A DNA stretch of 64,000 nt, from positions 19,331 to 83,330 of the forward strand of contig PLPK01000076.1 of the NCBI GenBank assembly GCA_003159795.1. The letters run 5' to 3'. Positions 1 to 8,947 of the stretch are shown one piece after another. A program made the translations under genes and the position numbers. How positions within the stretch are numbered: the first letter of the stretch is position 1; each line of letters starts with the position of its first letter. Origin of the DNA: Acidimicrobiaceae bacterium. Its GTDB lineage: Bacteria > Actinomycetota > Acidimicrobiia > Acidimicrobiales > Bog-793. The notes beneath the pieces were generated by a model, which saw only the letters and a list, made by a program, of their open reading frames with translations, searched no databases and was not told the origin of the DNA.

Positions 1-80
1 CCATCCCGCCGTGAGCACCCCGGCAGACTGACCGCAACCCGACGGTGCGGACCGCGCTGTTCGCTCGGGCCTCGCGCCGA

Positions 81-629
81 TCAGGTGAGAGGCTTCTTCG
101 TCCCGAAAACCGAGAGGCTGATCCTGCCGTGCTCGCACACCGGGTTCGGCGGGCTGAAGGGCCCGACGACGGCATCGCCGCGCGGCGGCACCTTGACCGA
201 CACGTGGTACGAGGTCAGCTCACACGGCCCGGTCTGCTGTTCACCGGTGCCCGGGATGTCCGCGGAGAACCGGCCCTCGGCCCACGCCGAGTGGCCGGGC
301 TTCAATGTGACGATGAACATCACGGCCACCCCCGGGTCGGCGTTCACCACGTGGGTCGGGAGCTTCTTCCCCTTCCTGCCGAGCAGCCGCATCCCGGCGA
401 GGCCGCTCACCTTGCAGGTCGAACTCGAAACGTTCTTCACCCGCAGTGCATAGGAGACATTGCCGGCCCCGGCGCTGAAGGGAACCAGCGAGAAGGAGAC
501 AGAGAGCTGCGTGCCCCCGCACCACGGCGCCTTCCCGGATGCGGAGGCGGTCGCCCCGCTCGAGAACGGAACGACGACTGAGGCGGCGCAGAGGGCGATT
601 GCCAGACCGATCAAACGAGTTGTTCTCAC
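81..629 (-). CDS. Secreted DUF4232-like protein
   Basis: 182-aa ORF. Signal-peptide-like N-terminus (MRTTRLIGLAIALCAASVVV...ASASG) followed by a beta-rich, Cys-containing domain (CGGTQLSVSF, CKVSG, CELTSYHV, CEHG), as in actinobacterial DUF4232 proteins. Confidence 0.6.
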   Translation of the reverse strand: MRTTRLIGLAIALCAASVVVPFSSGATASASGKAPWCGGTQLSVSFSLVPFSAGAGNVSYALRVKNVSSSTCKVSGLAGMRLLGRKGKKLPTHVVNADPGVAVMFIVTLKPGHSAWAEGRFSADIPGTGEQQTGPCELTSYHVSVKVPPRGDAVVGPFSPPNPVCEHGRISLSVFGTKKPLT

Positions 630-793
630 CGCTTCAATGTAACGACGCCACTACCGGACCGCGCGTCGCTCCGAGTCCGGGGTATCCGCCACGCCGAGAC
701 GAGCTGCTCCGCCCCAGCACTCAGGGGTTCGCGCGCTGAAAGCCACCGGAACCAACTGAGACTCCCCTGGCACGGAGGCAACTAGTCGTGTCG

Positions 794-1843
794 TCACTTG
801 GCAATCTGCAGGAGGCCGACGATCCCGATGACGTAGATGAGGATCGCCAGGATCGAGTCGGGACCCAGTCGTCTCGGGCGCGAAGGGCGCACGATCACGC
901 CGCCGACGTACATGACCGTCAATGCCAGACCGAGGGCAGCCAACCAGGCGTTCGGACCGCCCGTCGTCGGCAGCACCGGTCTCGCCGCCACGAGATCTGC
1001 GACAAGGAACAAGCAGAGCTGGAACGCATTGCCGCCGAACACGTCGCCGATCGCGAGCTGGTGATCGCCCAGTCGCACGGCCTCGATGCCCGAACTGATC
1101 TCCGGCAGTGCCGTTGCCAACGCGAGGAACGTGGCCCCGAAGACGACGCCGTTGATCCCGGCGCGGTTCGCGAGCTCGTTGCCGCTCATCTCCAGGGCGA
1201 CACCGGCCAGCAGCGTCACCGCCGACGAAATGCCGAACACCGACGCGACGCGCCACGTCGAATGCGTCGCGCTCGCCGCGTCCGCGACCGGGTGACGGAC
1301 GCGACGATGGGGCCGCCCGGGCTGAGCACCCTCCATCGTCACGGTCCACCTCGGGTGCGACCGCGTCCGGTTCAGCACCCACACCCCGGCGATCCAGATG
1401 ACCACGATCGCCAGCGACGCGGGGCTGACACGCCCGGCGATCGCCGTCGAGGCCGGCAGCAGAGCCCCCATGAGCACGACTGAGACGACGAGCACGACGA
1501 GCAAGCCCTCGAGAACCGGCACGAGCGACCCGACAAGGTACGTCAGCGGCCTTGGAGCGAAGAGGTCGCACACGACCAGCACCATCGTCGCCGTGGCGAT
1601 ACCACCGATCAGGTTCCCCGCCGCCAAACCGAGATGGCCCGACTCGGCGGCCGAAATCGTGACGGCCAGCTCCGGCAGGCTCCCGGCGATGGCGAGCAGC
1701 ACCATCCCGCCGATTGCATCCCCGAGCCCCAGCCGCCTGTCCAGCTCGTCAGTCGATGTCGACAGCTTCACCCCCGCCCCCCAGGTCACCGCCGACGCGA
1801 CGAGGAAGATGAAGAGGACGACGTACACCGAGAGCGAGGTCAC
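794..1843 (-). CDS. Na+/Ca2+ exchanger (CaCA) family membrane protein
   Basis: Polytopic membrane ORF with two alpha-repeat motifs (GMVLLAIAGSLPELAVTISAA and GATFLALATALPEISSGIEAV). The first 75 codons of the 424-aa ORF are Arg/Pro-rich and look non-coding, so the start is placed at the in-frame GTG at 1843. The start is uncertain. Confidence 0.75.
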   Translation of the reverse strand: MTSLSVYVVLFIFLVASAVTWGAGVKLSTSTDELDRRLGLGDAIGGMVLLAIAGSLPELAVTISAAESGHLGLAAGNLIGGIATATMVLVVCDLFAPRPLTYLVGSLVPVLEGLLVVLVVSVVLMGALLPASTAIAGRVSPASLAIVVIWIAGVWVLNRTRSHPRWTVTMEGAQPGRPHRRVRHPVADAASATHSTWRVASVFGISSAVTLLAGVALEMSGNELANRAGINGVVFGATFLALATALPEISSGIEAVRLGDHQLAIGDVFGGNAFQLCLFLVADLVAARPVLPTTGGPNAWLAALGLALTVMYVGGVIVRPSRPRRLGPDSILAILIYVIGIVGLLQIAK

Positions 1844-2460
1844 GGCGAAATCTTTGCCGATCGGACAGACCCAAGCCGGACTCTGAGCGCCGGGATGGGG
1901 TCGGAGAGCACACGACCATTCCACCAAGACGAATCTCTCTTGAGATGGCTGGCGCGGGCGGGAGCGGGTGCGTCGGCGCCCCGGCGCGCACACCCTGGCC
2001 ATGTGCACCGCAACGAGGCGCGCCCCGACCCGCCCACACCGGCTGTCCGGTCGGTCGCGGCGGCGCAACCGGCGGGCTGGAAGCAGGCGATGGCCATCTC
2101 CGCCGGTCCCCGGCCCGGGGCGACACCCGAGTCATCCCCCGACGCGGTGTTGGCGCCGCCGCCCCGCGGCCGTCCGGTGTGCGCCGACGACGTCGGTGAC
2201 GACCCGATCCGCGCAGAAGGCAAGGAGGCCGTCGGCGACCAGGGTCAGCCCGAGAAGGGCTGCGCACACAGTGCCCGACTGGTCGAAAGTGACGAGGTTT
2301 GCCAAGCCGAGAGGTGGAGCGCAATGAGCGACAGCTATGTCAGCTGGACGCGGCCTTTGGCTGGTCCCGACACGAAAAGAGTCGTTCCCCTTCACTGGCA
2401 CGAATTCAGGGCGCGCTTCATCCTCCACTGGTCCCTCGCTCTTCCCTAGAGTTGACCGCG

Positions 2461-4137
2461 GTGCTGGCGCTCCACGATCCCCTGAGAAGCCGCTCGTTCC
2501 GCTGGCTCGAGGGCACCGGGATGTTCGCCAACATCGGCGTCTGGATGGTCGCCCTCTTCGGCGGCTACATCATGGAACGCCTCACGACCTCACCGGTCCT
2601 CGTCGCCCTCGCCACCGACATGAGCCCGCTCGCGGGCATTCTCGCCGTCGCCTTCGCAGGCGCCGCGTCCGACTCCCGAGACCTGCGTCTCGTGCTGCTG
2701 CTCGCCAAGCTCCTGCTCGTCACATCGGTCACGTTCCTCGTCCTCATCTCCGCGACTCACGCCCTCAACCCGGCGACGTTGCTCATCGGGGTGGCCGGCA
2801 TGGGCCTAGCAAGCGGGGCGTCCTCCCCGTCCTGGTGGACGACGGTCGGGAACCTGGTGCGGCCCGAGCTCATCCCCGTCGCCCTGAGCATCGACAGCTT
2901 CCAGTGGAACATCGGTCAGGTCGTCGGACCGGTCCTCGGCGGCGTGATCGTCCACAGCGCCGGGTACACCTCCTTCTTCGCCGTGTGCGGCGTGGTCATG
3001 CTCCCCCTCGTCGGCTTCCTCTACATCTGGCGCGGGCGGACGAACCTCCGGCTCTCCACCCCCGGGGCGGGGGCCGTCGAGAGCTTCCTCGGCTCCATGT
3101 CCTCAGGGTGGCGGTTCTTCGTGAACACCCCGGGGCTGCGGAACGTCGCCGTTCGCACCGCCCTCTACGTCACGCCGGCCGCGGCCTTCGGCGCGTTGCT
3201 GCCGCTCTTCGCCGCCCGCTACCTGCACACTTCCGCCTTCGAATACGGGCTCTTCCTGGCATTGGGCGGCGTGGGAGCGATGGCCGCCGCCCTCCTTCTG
3301 CCCCGCGTGCAGGGTCACCTCCACCTCGACGCCCTGGTCGCGGCGGCCGCCCTCACCAACGCGATCGCACTCGTCGCGCTCGTCACGTGGCCCACGCGTT
3401 GGGCGGCGGCTCCCGTGCTCGTCGTCACGGGCGCGAGCTGGGTCGGGGCGACGACGACCCTGATCATCGCCGCCCGACAGGTCGTCCCACAGTGGGTCCA
3501 GACCCGTGCCCTGTCGATCTACTACATCGTCCTCCAAGGACCCATGGTGCTGGGAGGCATCGCCTTCGGTGTCGTCAATACCTTCCTTCCGCTGCGCACG
3601 ACGTTGCTCATCTCGGCCGCCGCCCTTCTGCCGGGCATCCTCGTCATCCCGCGCTTCGGCCTGCCGGTCGTGGACCGGGCGGCCCTCGAGCTCGTGGCGA
3701 GGTCAGACCTCACCGTCGGTGAGCACGTCCGCCCCGACGACGGACCCGTGCTCGTCCTCGTCGAGTACCGCGTCGACGAGCAGGACGTCGACGATTTCCT
3801 CGCGGCCATGGCTGAACTCCGCATCGTGCGGCGGCGCCTCGGGGGAACGCGCTGGGGCGTTTTCGAGGACTCCGCCGAACACGGCAAGTACCTCGAGACG
3901 TTCCTCGTCACCTCCTGGCGGGGGTACCTGCTCCAGCGCGACCACTACACGAAGCGCGACACGGCGATCGAGGCGAGGGCCTCCGCTTTCCACCGGGGAC
4001 CCGGCCAGCCGACCTTCACCCGGCTCGTGCACCCCGAAAGCGTCGAGGCGGCCCGGACCCGCTCCGCCTGGCGTCGCGAGATGCTCCGTCTCGTGAGCGA
4101 GCGGCCCGACTACGCGGCCCGGCCACCGGATGCGTGA
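2461..4137 (+). CDS. MFS transporter (MFS_3/EntS-like) with a C-terminal soluble domain
   Basis: About 12 predicted TM helices. N-terminus (LRSRSFRWLEGTGMFANIG) is typical of MFS_3 'transmembrane secretion effector' transporters. GTG at 2461 chosen as start. The last ~170 aa are hydrophilic (VLVLVEYRVDEQDVDDFLAAMAEL...WGVFED...YLETFLVTSW). Confidence 0.75.
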   Translation: MLALHDPLRSRSFRWLEGTGMFANIGVWMVALFGGYIMERLTTSPVLVALATDMSPLAGILAVAFAGAASDSRDLRLVLLLAKLLLVTSVTFLVLISATHALNPATLLIGVAGMGLASGASSPSWWTTVGNLVRPELIPVALSIDSFQWNIGQVVGPVLGGVIVHSAGYTSFFAVCGVVMLPLVGFLYIWRGRTNLRLSTPGAGAVESFLGSMSSGWRFFVNTPGLRNVAVRTALYVTPAAAFGALLPLFAARYLHTSAFEYGLFLALGGVGAMAAALLLPRVQGHLHLDALVAAAALTNAIALVALVTWPTRWAAAPVLVVTGASWVGATTTLIIAARQVVPQWVQTRALSIYYIVLQGPMVLGGIAFGVVNTFLPLRTTLLISAAALLPGILVIPRFGLPVVDRAALELVARSDLTVGEHVRPDDGPVLVLVEYRVDEQDVDDFLAAMAELRIVRRRLGGTRWGVFEDSAEHGKYLETFLVTSWRGYLLQRDHYTKRDTAIEARASAFHRGPGQPTFTRLVHPESVEAARTRSAWRREMLRLVSERPDYAARPPDA

Positions 4138-4211
4138 GGGGCGGTCGGCTCCGTAGCTCGGGCGGGAACGATTCTCACGCAGGTCAGCCGACCTCGACAC
4201 CTGACGACGGG

Positions 4212-5096
4212 TCAGATGTTCGTTTCGTCGGGCGGGACTCGTGGCAGCGCCGGTGAGCCGCCGCCGCCACCCGTGGCCAGCTCCCGACAACCGACCGTGT
4301 AGGCGTCCATCGAGAGCGAGCCCATCGCGCAGCCGTCGACAAGCACACGGGCCGTCTGTCCCGCCGCGGCGGCAAGACCCGCGAGGTAAAGGAGCGGGAT
4401 GAAGTGATCCGGGGTGGGGACCGCCACCGCGAAGTCCTCGCGCGCCTGGAGCCCAGCCAGCGCGGCGGGGCTGGTCGTCATGACGTCCGCGGCCGCCTCC
4501 CCGAAACGGCGTGCCCAGGCGAATCCGGCGTCCGGCTGGCCCCAGTCGATCAGCCGCAGGTTGTGCACGACGTTGCCGCTGGCGAGGATCAGCACCCCGC
4601 GCTCGCGCAGCTGCGCCAGCCTGGCCCCGAGATCGAGGTGGTACTCGAGTGGCTTCGTCGCGTTGATGGACAGCTGCACGACCGGCACGTCGGCTCCGGG
4701 AAAGGCGTGGACGAGGATGGACCAGGCGCCGTGGTCGATCCCCCAGGAGTCGGTGTCGAGGCCGACCCGCGTCGGCTGCGCCAAGTCGGCGACCTCCCCG
4801 GCGAGCTGCGGGTCACCTGGGGCCGGGTACTGCACGGCGAAAAGCTCGGCGGGGAAGCCGTAGAAGTCGTGGATCGTCTTCGGGGACGCCATCGCGGTCA
4901 CAGCCGAGGCGTTGATGTACCAGTGCGCCGAGATGACGAGGATCGCGCGCGGGCGCGGCACCTCGGCGCCGAACGCCCGCCACGCCTCGGTGTAGCGGTT
5001 GTGGTCGAGCGCGTTCATCGGCGTGCCGTGACCGAAGAAGGCGGCCGGCATAAGAACCGCCTTCGCGCCCCCAGCGCCGGATGAAGTCACAGTCAT
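4212..5096 (-). CDS. Class III extradiol ring-cleavage dioxygenase (YgiD / 4,5-DOPA dioxygenase family)
   Basis: Motifs [21 protein letters not shown] and [12 protein letters not shown] match the LigB/YgiD family. The true start may be the internal Met at 5051. Confidence 0.8.
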   Translation of the reverse strand: MTVTSSGAGGAKAVLMPAAFFGHGTPMNALDHNRYTEAWRAFGAEVPRPRAILVISAHWYINASAVTAMASPKTIHDFYGFPAELFAVQYPAPGDPQLAGEVADLAQPTRVGLDTDSWGIDHGAWSILVHAFPGADVPVVQLSINATKPLEYHLDLGARLAQLRERGVLILASGNVVHNLRLIDWGQPDAGFAWARRFGEAAADVMTTSPAALAGLQAREDFAVAVPTPDHFIPLLYLAGLAAAAGQTARVLVDGCAMGSLSMDAYTVGCRELATGGGGGSPALPRVPPDETNI

Positions 5097-5258
5097 CGTC
5101 GTCCCGCGTCCTGGCCAGCGTGCACCCCGAATTCCGCCTTCACCTGGACGCGACCGTCACCGCCGTGCCCGCCGGTCGACCGAGCGGTGCCCGCGAGGAA
5201 GGCCGCACTACCGTGCAGCCCCGTCTCGCACCCTCCTGGGTCCAATGCCGCGCACGCT

Positions 5259-6656
5259 CTAGGGGTTGACGGCCGCGCAGAAGCCCTCGAACACCTCGAT
5301 GAACCGGTCGATGTGGCTCTCGTCGTGCCGCACCGAGAGCGTCCACTGCTCCTCGTTGCCCGGCGTCATGAAGATGCCGCGGTTGACGAGCCAGGCCCAC
5401 GAGGCGTTGAAGAGATCGGCGTTCGTCTCGAGGAAGCTCCGGTAGTCGACGAGCGGTTCCGGCCGGTACGAGACGCATCCCTTGCAGCCCATGTCGACGA
5501 CGTGGGCCGGGATCGAGTACTCGGAGATCGCCTTGCGGCACCCCTCCGCCAGGCGCGCGCCCATCTTCTTGAAGTGCTCGTAGGCGTCGGGGGTCAGTAC
5601 CTCGGTGAGGGCCGCCAGCCCCGCCGCGACGACGAGTGGGTTCCCGTTGAACGTCCCCTGCTGGGCGATCCCCGACCCGATCTCGTCCATGAGATCGGCG
5701 CGCCCGCCGAACGCACCCGCCGGCGTGCCGCCGAAGACGGACTTCGCGAAGCACGCCAGGTCGGGCTGCACACCGAACAACTCGATCGCCCCGCCGGCGG
5801 CGATCGTCGCGCCACACTTCACCTCGTCGAAAATGAGGACGATCCCGTACCGCGTGCACAGCTCGCGCAGTCCCTCGAGATAGCCGGGACGCGGAAGCAC
5901 GATCCCGATGTTCATCATCACCGGCTCGATGATGAGACAGGCGATCTCCGAGCCCCGCGCGGCGAACAGTTCCTCGGCCGCCCCGAGGTCGTTGTACGGG
6001 ATGGCGAGGGTCCACTTCGCCATTTCGGCGGGGATCCCCCGCGAGGCGGGTGGCTCCATCGCCTGAGTCTCGCTCGCCTTGATGAGCATGAGGCTCGGCG
6101 TGACCGAGAACATCACGGAGTCGTGGTGGCCGTGGTAGGAACCCACGATCTTGCAAATCGTGTCGCGCCCGGTCGCGCCGCGCGCGACGCGGATCGCGTC
6201 CATCGTCGCCTCGGTGCCGGAGTTGACGAAGCGGACCCGTTCCATCCGGAACCGACGGCACAGCTCCTCGGCGAGCCGCACCGTGAGCTCGGTCGTCACC
6301 GCGAAGTGCGTGCCGGAGTGGGCGGCCCGCTCGATCGCCGCCGCGACGAGGGGATGGGCGTGACCGACCGCCACCGCGCCGAAGCCGTTGTGGTAGTCGA
6401 CGTAGTGACGGCCGTCGACATCGATGACCTCGGCGCCGTCACCGCTTTTCAAGTAGATCGGGTAGGGCTTGGCCGCCTGGAAGGACGACGCGACGCCGAG
6501 TGGCATCACCTTCCGGGCCCTTTCGAAGAGGTCCCGCGACCGCGGAGTGGAATCGACGAGCTTGGCGAGCTCGGACTCGAACAGTTTCACCGCCCGGCTG
6601 GTCAACTCCTCGGATCCTGCCGTCACCGATCCGCTGTTTCCAGTGGTCTCACTCAT
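5259..6656 (-). CDS. Class III (GSA-aminomutase-like) PLP aminotransferase
   Basis: 466 aa from ATG 6656 (MSETTGN...). Class III layout with VDYHNGFGAVAVGHAHP, SGTEATMDAIRVARG and LIFDEVKCG. High third-position GC. Confidence 0.8.
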   Translation of the reverse strand: MSETTGNSGSVTAGSEELTSRAVKLFESELAKLVDSTPRSRDLFERARKVMPLGVASSFQAAKPYPIYLKSGDGAEVIDVDGRHYVDYHNGFGAVAVGHAHPLVAAAIERAAHSGTHFAVTTELTVRLAEELCRRFRMERVRFVNSGTEATMDAIRVARGATGRDTICKIVGSYHGHHDSVMFSVTPSLMLIKASETQAMEPPASRGIPAEMAKWTLAIPYNDLGAAEELFAARGSEIACLIIEPVMMNIGIVLPRPGYLEGLRELCTRYGIVLIFDEVKCGATIAAGGAIELFGVQPDLACFAKSVFGGTPAGAFGGRADLMDEIGSGIAQQGTFNGNPLVVAAGLAALTEVLTPDAYEHFKKMGARLAEGCRKAISEYSIPAHVVDMGCKGCVSYRPEPLVDYRSFLETNADLFNASWAWLVNRGIFMTPGNEEQWTLSVRHDESHIDRFIEVFEGFCAAVNP

Positions 6657-6779
6657 CGTCTCACGTCCATCCGACGCATCAATCGTGCGGCCCGCGGGTC
6701 GCGCGAGGGTGCGACCACGCACCCTTTGCCCGCGATTCTCCCATCGGAGCTGTGGGGCCGCAAAGAGCCCCCGGCGACA

Positions 6780-7201
6780 GCCCGGACGCCGGGGCCCCCG
6801 CATCGACAGCCGATCACGCCGGGGCCAGCGTCACCGAAACGATTTCGGCACGCCGGGGCGTTCGACGCGACACTGGCGATCGTCTTCGGCTACGAACCGA
6901 ACCCGATGGGGGCGAGACCTCGGACCACCAGGATCAGCTGAGACGACTCGCCGAGGACTTCGTCAGCACCGCCACCGACGAGGCCCGCCAGATCGATCCC
7001 AAACTCGCCGTCGAGCCGCTCGTCGTTGGTCTGCGCCCGGTCGACGCGCTGATCGAGACGGCCACCGAGCGCGAGGCCCGCGTCATCGTCGTCGGCTCGA
7101 TGGGTGAGATCCCGACTCTCGGCGCCACCCTGGGTTCGGTTCCCCACAAGCTCCTCCATCACTCGAAGATCCCGGTTCTCGTCGTCCCCCATCCCGACTG
7201 A
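6780..7201 (+). pseudogene. Universal stress protein (UspA-domain) remnant with frameshifts
   Basis: The C-terminal half is intact in one frame (ARVIVVGSMGEIPTLGATLGSVPHKLLHHSKIPVLVVP). The preceding USP-like strand (FDATLAIVFGYEP) lies in a different frame and ends at a stop at 6939-6941. No intact VDGS-type N-terminus was found. The 5' boundary is approximate. Confidence 0.45.
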
Positions 7202-7314
7202 ACCGACGGGTCACGCTCGATGGGCTCCCGAGGGCCGGACCGGTACCTGGCCGGGTAGGCGCGGTCGCGAGACTCCCCCGAGATGCGGCGCACCCGACAG
7301 GCCTTCCCGGCCGG

Positions 7315-7968
7315 GTGCCGGAACCGGAGGTGGCGATGGCGGACGTTCCCGAGAGCATCGCGTTCGGACGGTGGGTGCGTGTCACCCGTTGGGTCGACCC
7401 GCCGACCGAGAAGGCGGGCCATGACGCCCGTTCGGATTACGTGGAGCGGTTCTGGCTGCCGGTCCTCGGCCCGTCCACGACCTGCCTGCTGCGTCTCCTC
7501 GCCGCCCGGCTCGCCCGTTCACCCGCGGGGTGCGTGCTCGACGTCACCGAGACGGCCCGCGCCCTCGGCCTCGGCGGACGCCCGGGGCGGCACGCACCGT
7601 TTCTGCGCACGCTCGCCCGGGCGATCGACTTCCAAATGATCCGGGTCGAGCCGCCCGACGCCCTCGCCACCCGCGTCCTTCTCCCGCCGCTCCCGGAACG
7701 CCACCTCGCCCGCCTCCCCGCCGCGCTGCGCGCCGCGCACCGTCTCGCCGCGGCGTCGCCGGAGCCGGATCCGGCCGACCGCCTGCGGAACCAGGGCAAA
7801 CAGCTCGCCCTGAGCCTCGCCTCGATCGGCGCGGCGAAAGACGAGATCGAGCACCAGCTCCTGTCGTGGCGCTTCGAGGCCCCGCTCGCCGCGGCGTGCG
7901 CCTCCTGGGCCGCGGGCGAGGTCGTGCGCCCCGGTTCAGCACCGTGCCCCAGTCAGCTGGCTGGCTAG
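7315..7968 (+). CDS. Conserved hypothetical protein
   Basis: 217-aa ORF with coding-like composition (DYVERFWLPVLGPSTTCLLRLLAARL...). No family recognised. It sits 9 nt upstream of the ATP-grasp gene. Confidence 0.55.
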   Translation: MPEPEVAMADVPESIAFGRWVRVTRWVDPPTEKAGHDARSDYVERFWLPVLGPSTTCLLRLLAARLARSPAGCVLDVTETARALGLGGRPGRHAPFLRTLARAIDFQMIRVEPPDALATRVLLPPLPERHLARLPAALRAAHRLAAASPEPDPADRLRNQGKQLALSLASIGAAKDEIEHQLLSWRFEAPLAAACASWAAGEVVRPGSAPCPSQLAG

Positions 7969-7977
7969 CGTCGGGAC

Positions 7978-8868
7978 ATGGCACGGGAAACCCCGCGGGG
8001 GCATCGCGCCCGAGTCGCCCTCGCGACCTGTCGGCGCTCCCCGGATCTCGGGGGGGACGGGCCAGCAGCGATCACCGCCCTCGCGGCCCTGAACATCACG
8101 GCGACGCCCGAGATCTGGGACGCACCCGGCACGGACTGGTCGGCGTTCGACCTCGTCGTCATCCGCGCGACCTGGGACTATGTCGAACAGCGCGAGGCGT
8201 TCCTCGACTGGGCACGGGACGTCCCTCGCCTCGCCAACCCGTACGGGGTGATCGAGTGGAACACTGACAAGACCTACCTCGCCGACCTCGCCGCCGCGGG
8301 GGTCGCGACCATCCCGACATCCTGGTACCGGCCCGGTTCGGCGGTCGAACTGCCGCCCGGCGAGATCGTCGTCAAGCCCTCGGTCGGGGCGGGCGCGCGG
8401 CATGCCGGCCACTACGGCCCCACGGACCGGGCGGCGGCACGCGACCACGTCACACGGCTGCTGGCCCAGGGTCGCACCGTGATGGTGCAGCCCTACCTCG
8501 CCCAGCTCGAGGACTCGGGCGAGCGTGGCCTCGTCTACCTCGGCGACCGCTACAGCCACGCGATCGCGAAGCCCGCCATCCTGACCACCCGCGGGCCCTA
8601 TGTCGAGGGCACGCTCGACTGGGATGGCGCCGTCGCCGCCACGACGGCGACCGACGAGGAACGGGCCTTCGCCGAGTCGGTGCTCGACGCCGTGCCGGGT
8701 GGGCGGGAGCACCTGCTCTACGCCCGGGTCGACCTCGTCCCGGACCGGAACGGGGACCCGCTCGTCATCGAACTCGAGGCGACCGAGCCGCGCCTCTACG
8801 TGGACCGTACCCCCGGCACCGCGGCGGCGTTCGCCGCGGTGGTGGCGGCGCGTCTCGACCGGACCTGA
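7978..8868 (+). CDS. ATP-grasp (RimK-like) domain protein
   Basis: EIVVKPSVGAGARHAG, TVMVQPYL, ERGLVYLG and ARVDLV...PLVIELEATEP follow the ATP-grasp fold pattern. Confidence 0.65.
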   Translation: MARETPRGHRARVALATCRRSPDLGGDGPAAITALAALNITATPEIWDAPGTDWSAFDLVVIRATWDYVEQREAFLDWARDVPRLANPYGVIEWNTDKTYLADLAAAGVATIPTSWYRPGSAVELPPGEIVVKPSVGAGARHAGHYGPTDRAAARDHVTRLLAQGRTVMVQPYLAQLEDSGERGLVYLGDRYSHAIAKPAILTTRGPYVEGTLDWDGAVAATTATDEERAFAESVLDAVPGGREHLLYARVDLVPDRNGDPLVIELEATEPRLYVDRTPGTAAAFAAVVAARLDRT

Positions 8869-8947
8869 CCGAGCGCGGGTTCCAGCGGGTCATAGGCCCC
8901 GCGCCCGCCGCAGCCGGGGCCTGACCGCCCGGTAGCCTGGGTGGACC

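Noticed and set aside
8869-8947. A possible cobalamin riboswitch upstream of metH.
   Set aside because: Only 79 nt are available and no B12-box-like core is visible. B12 riboswitches normally control metE or B12 transport, not the B12-dependent metH.
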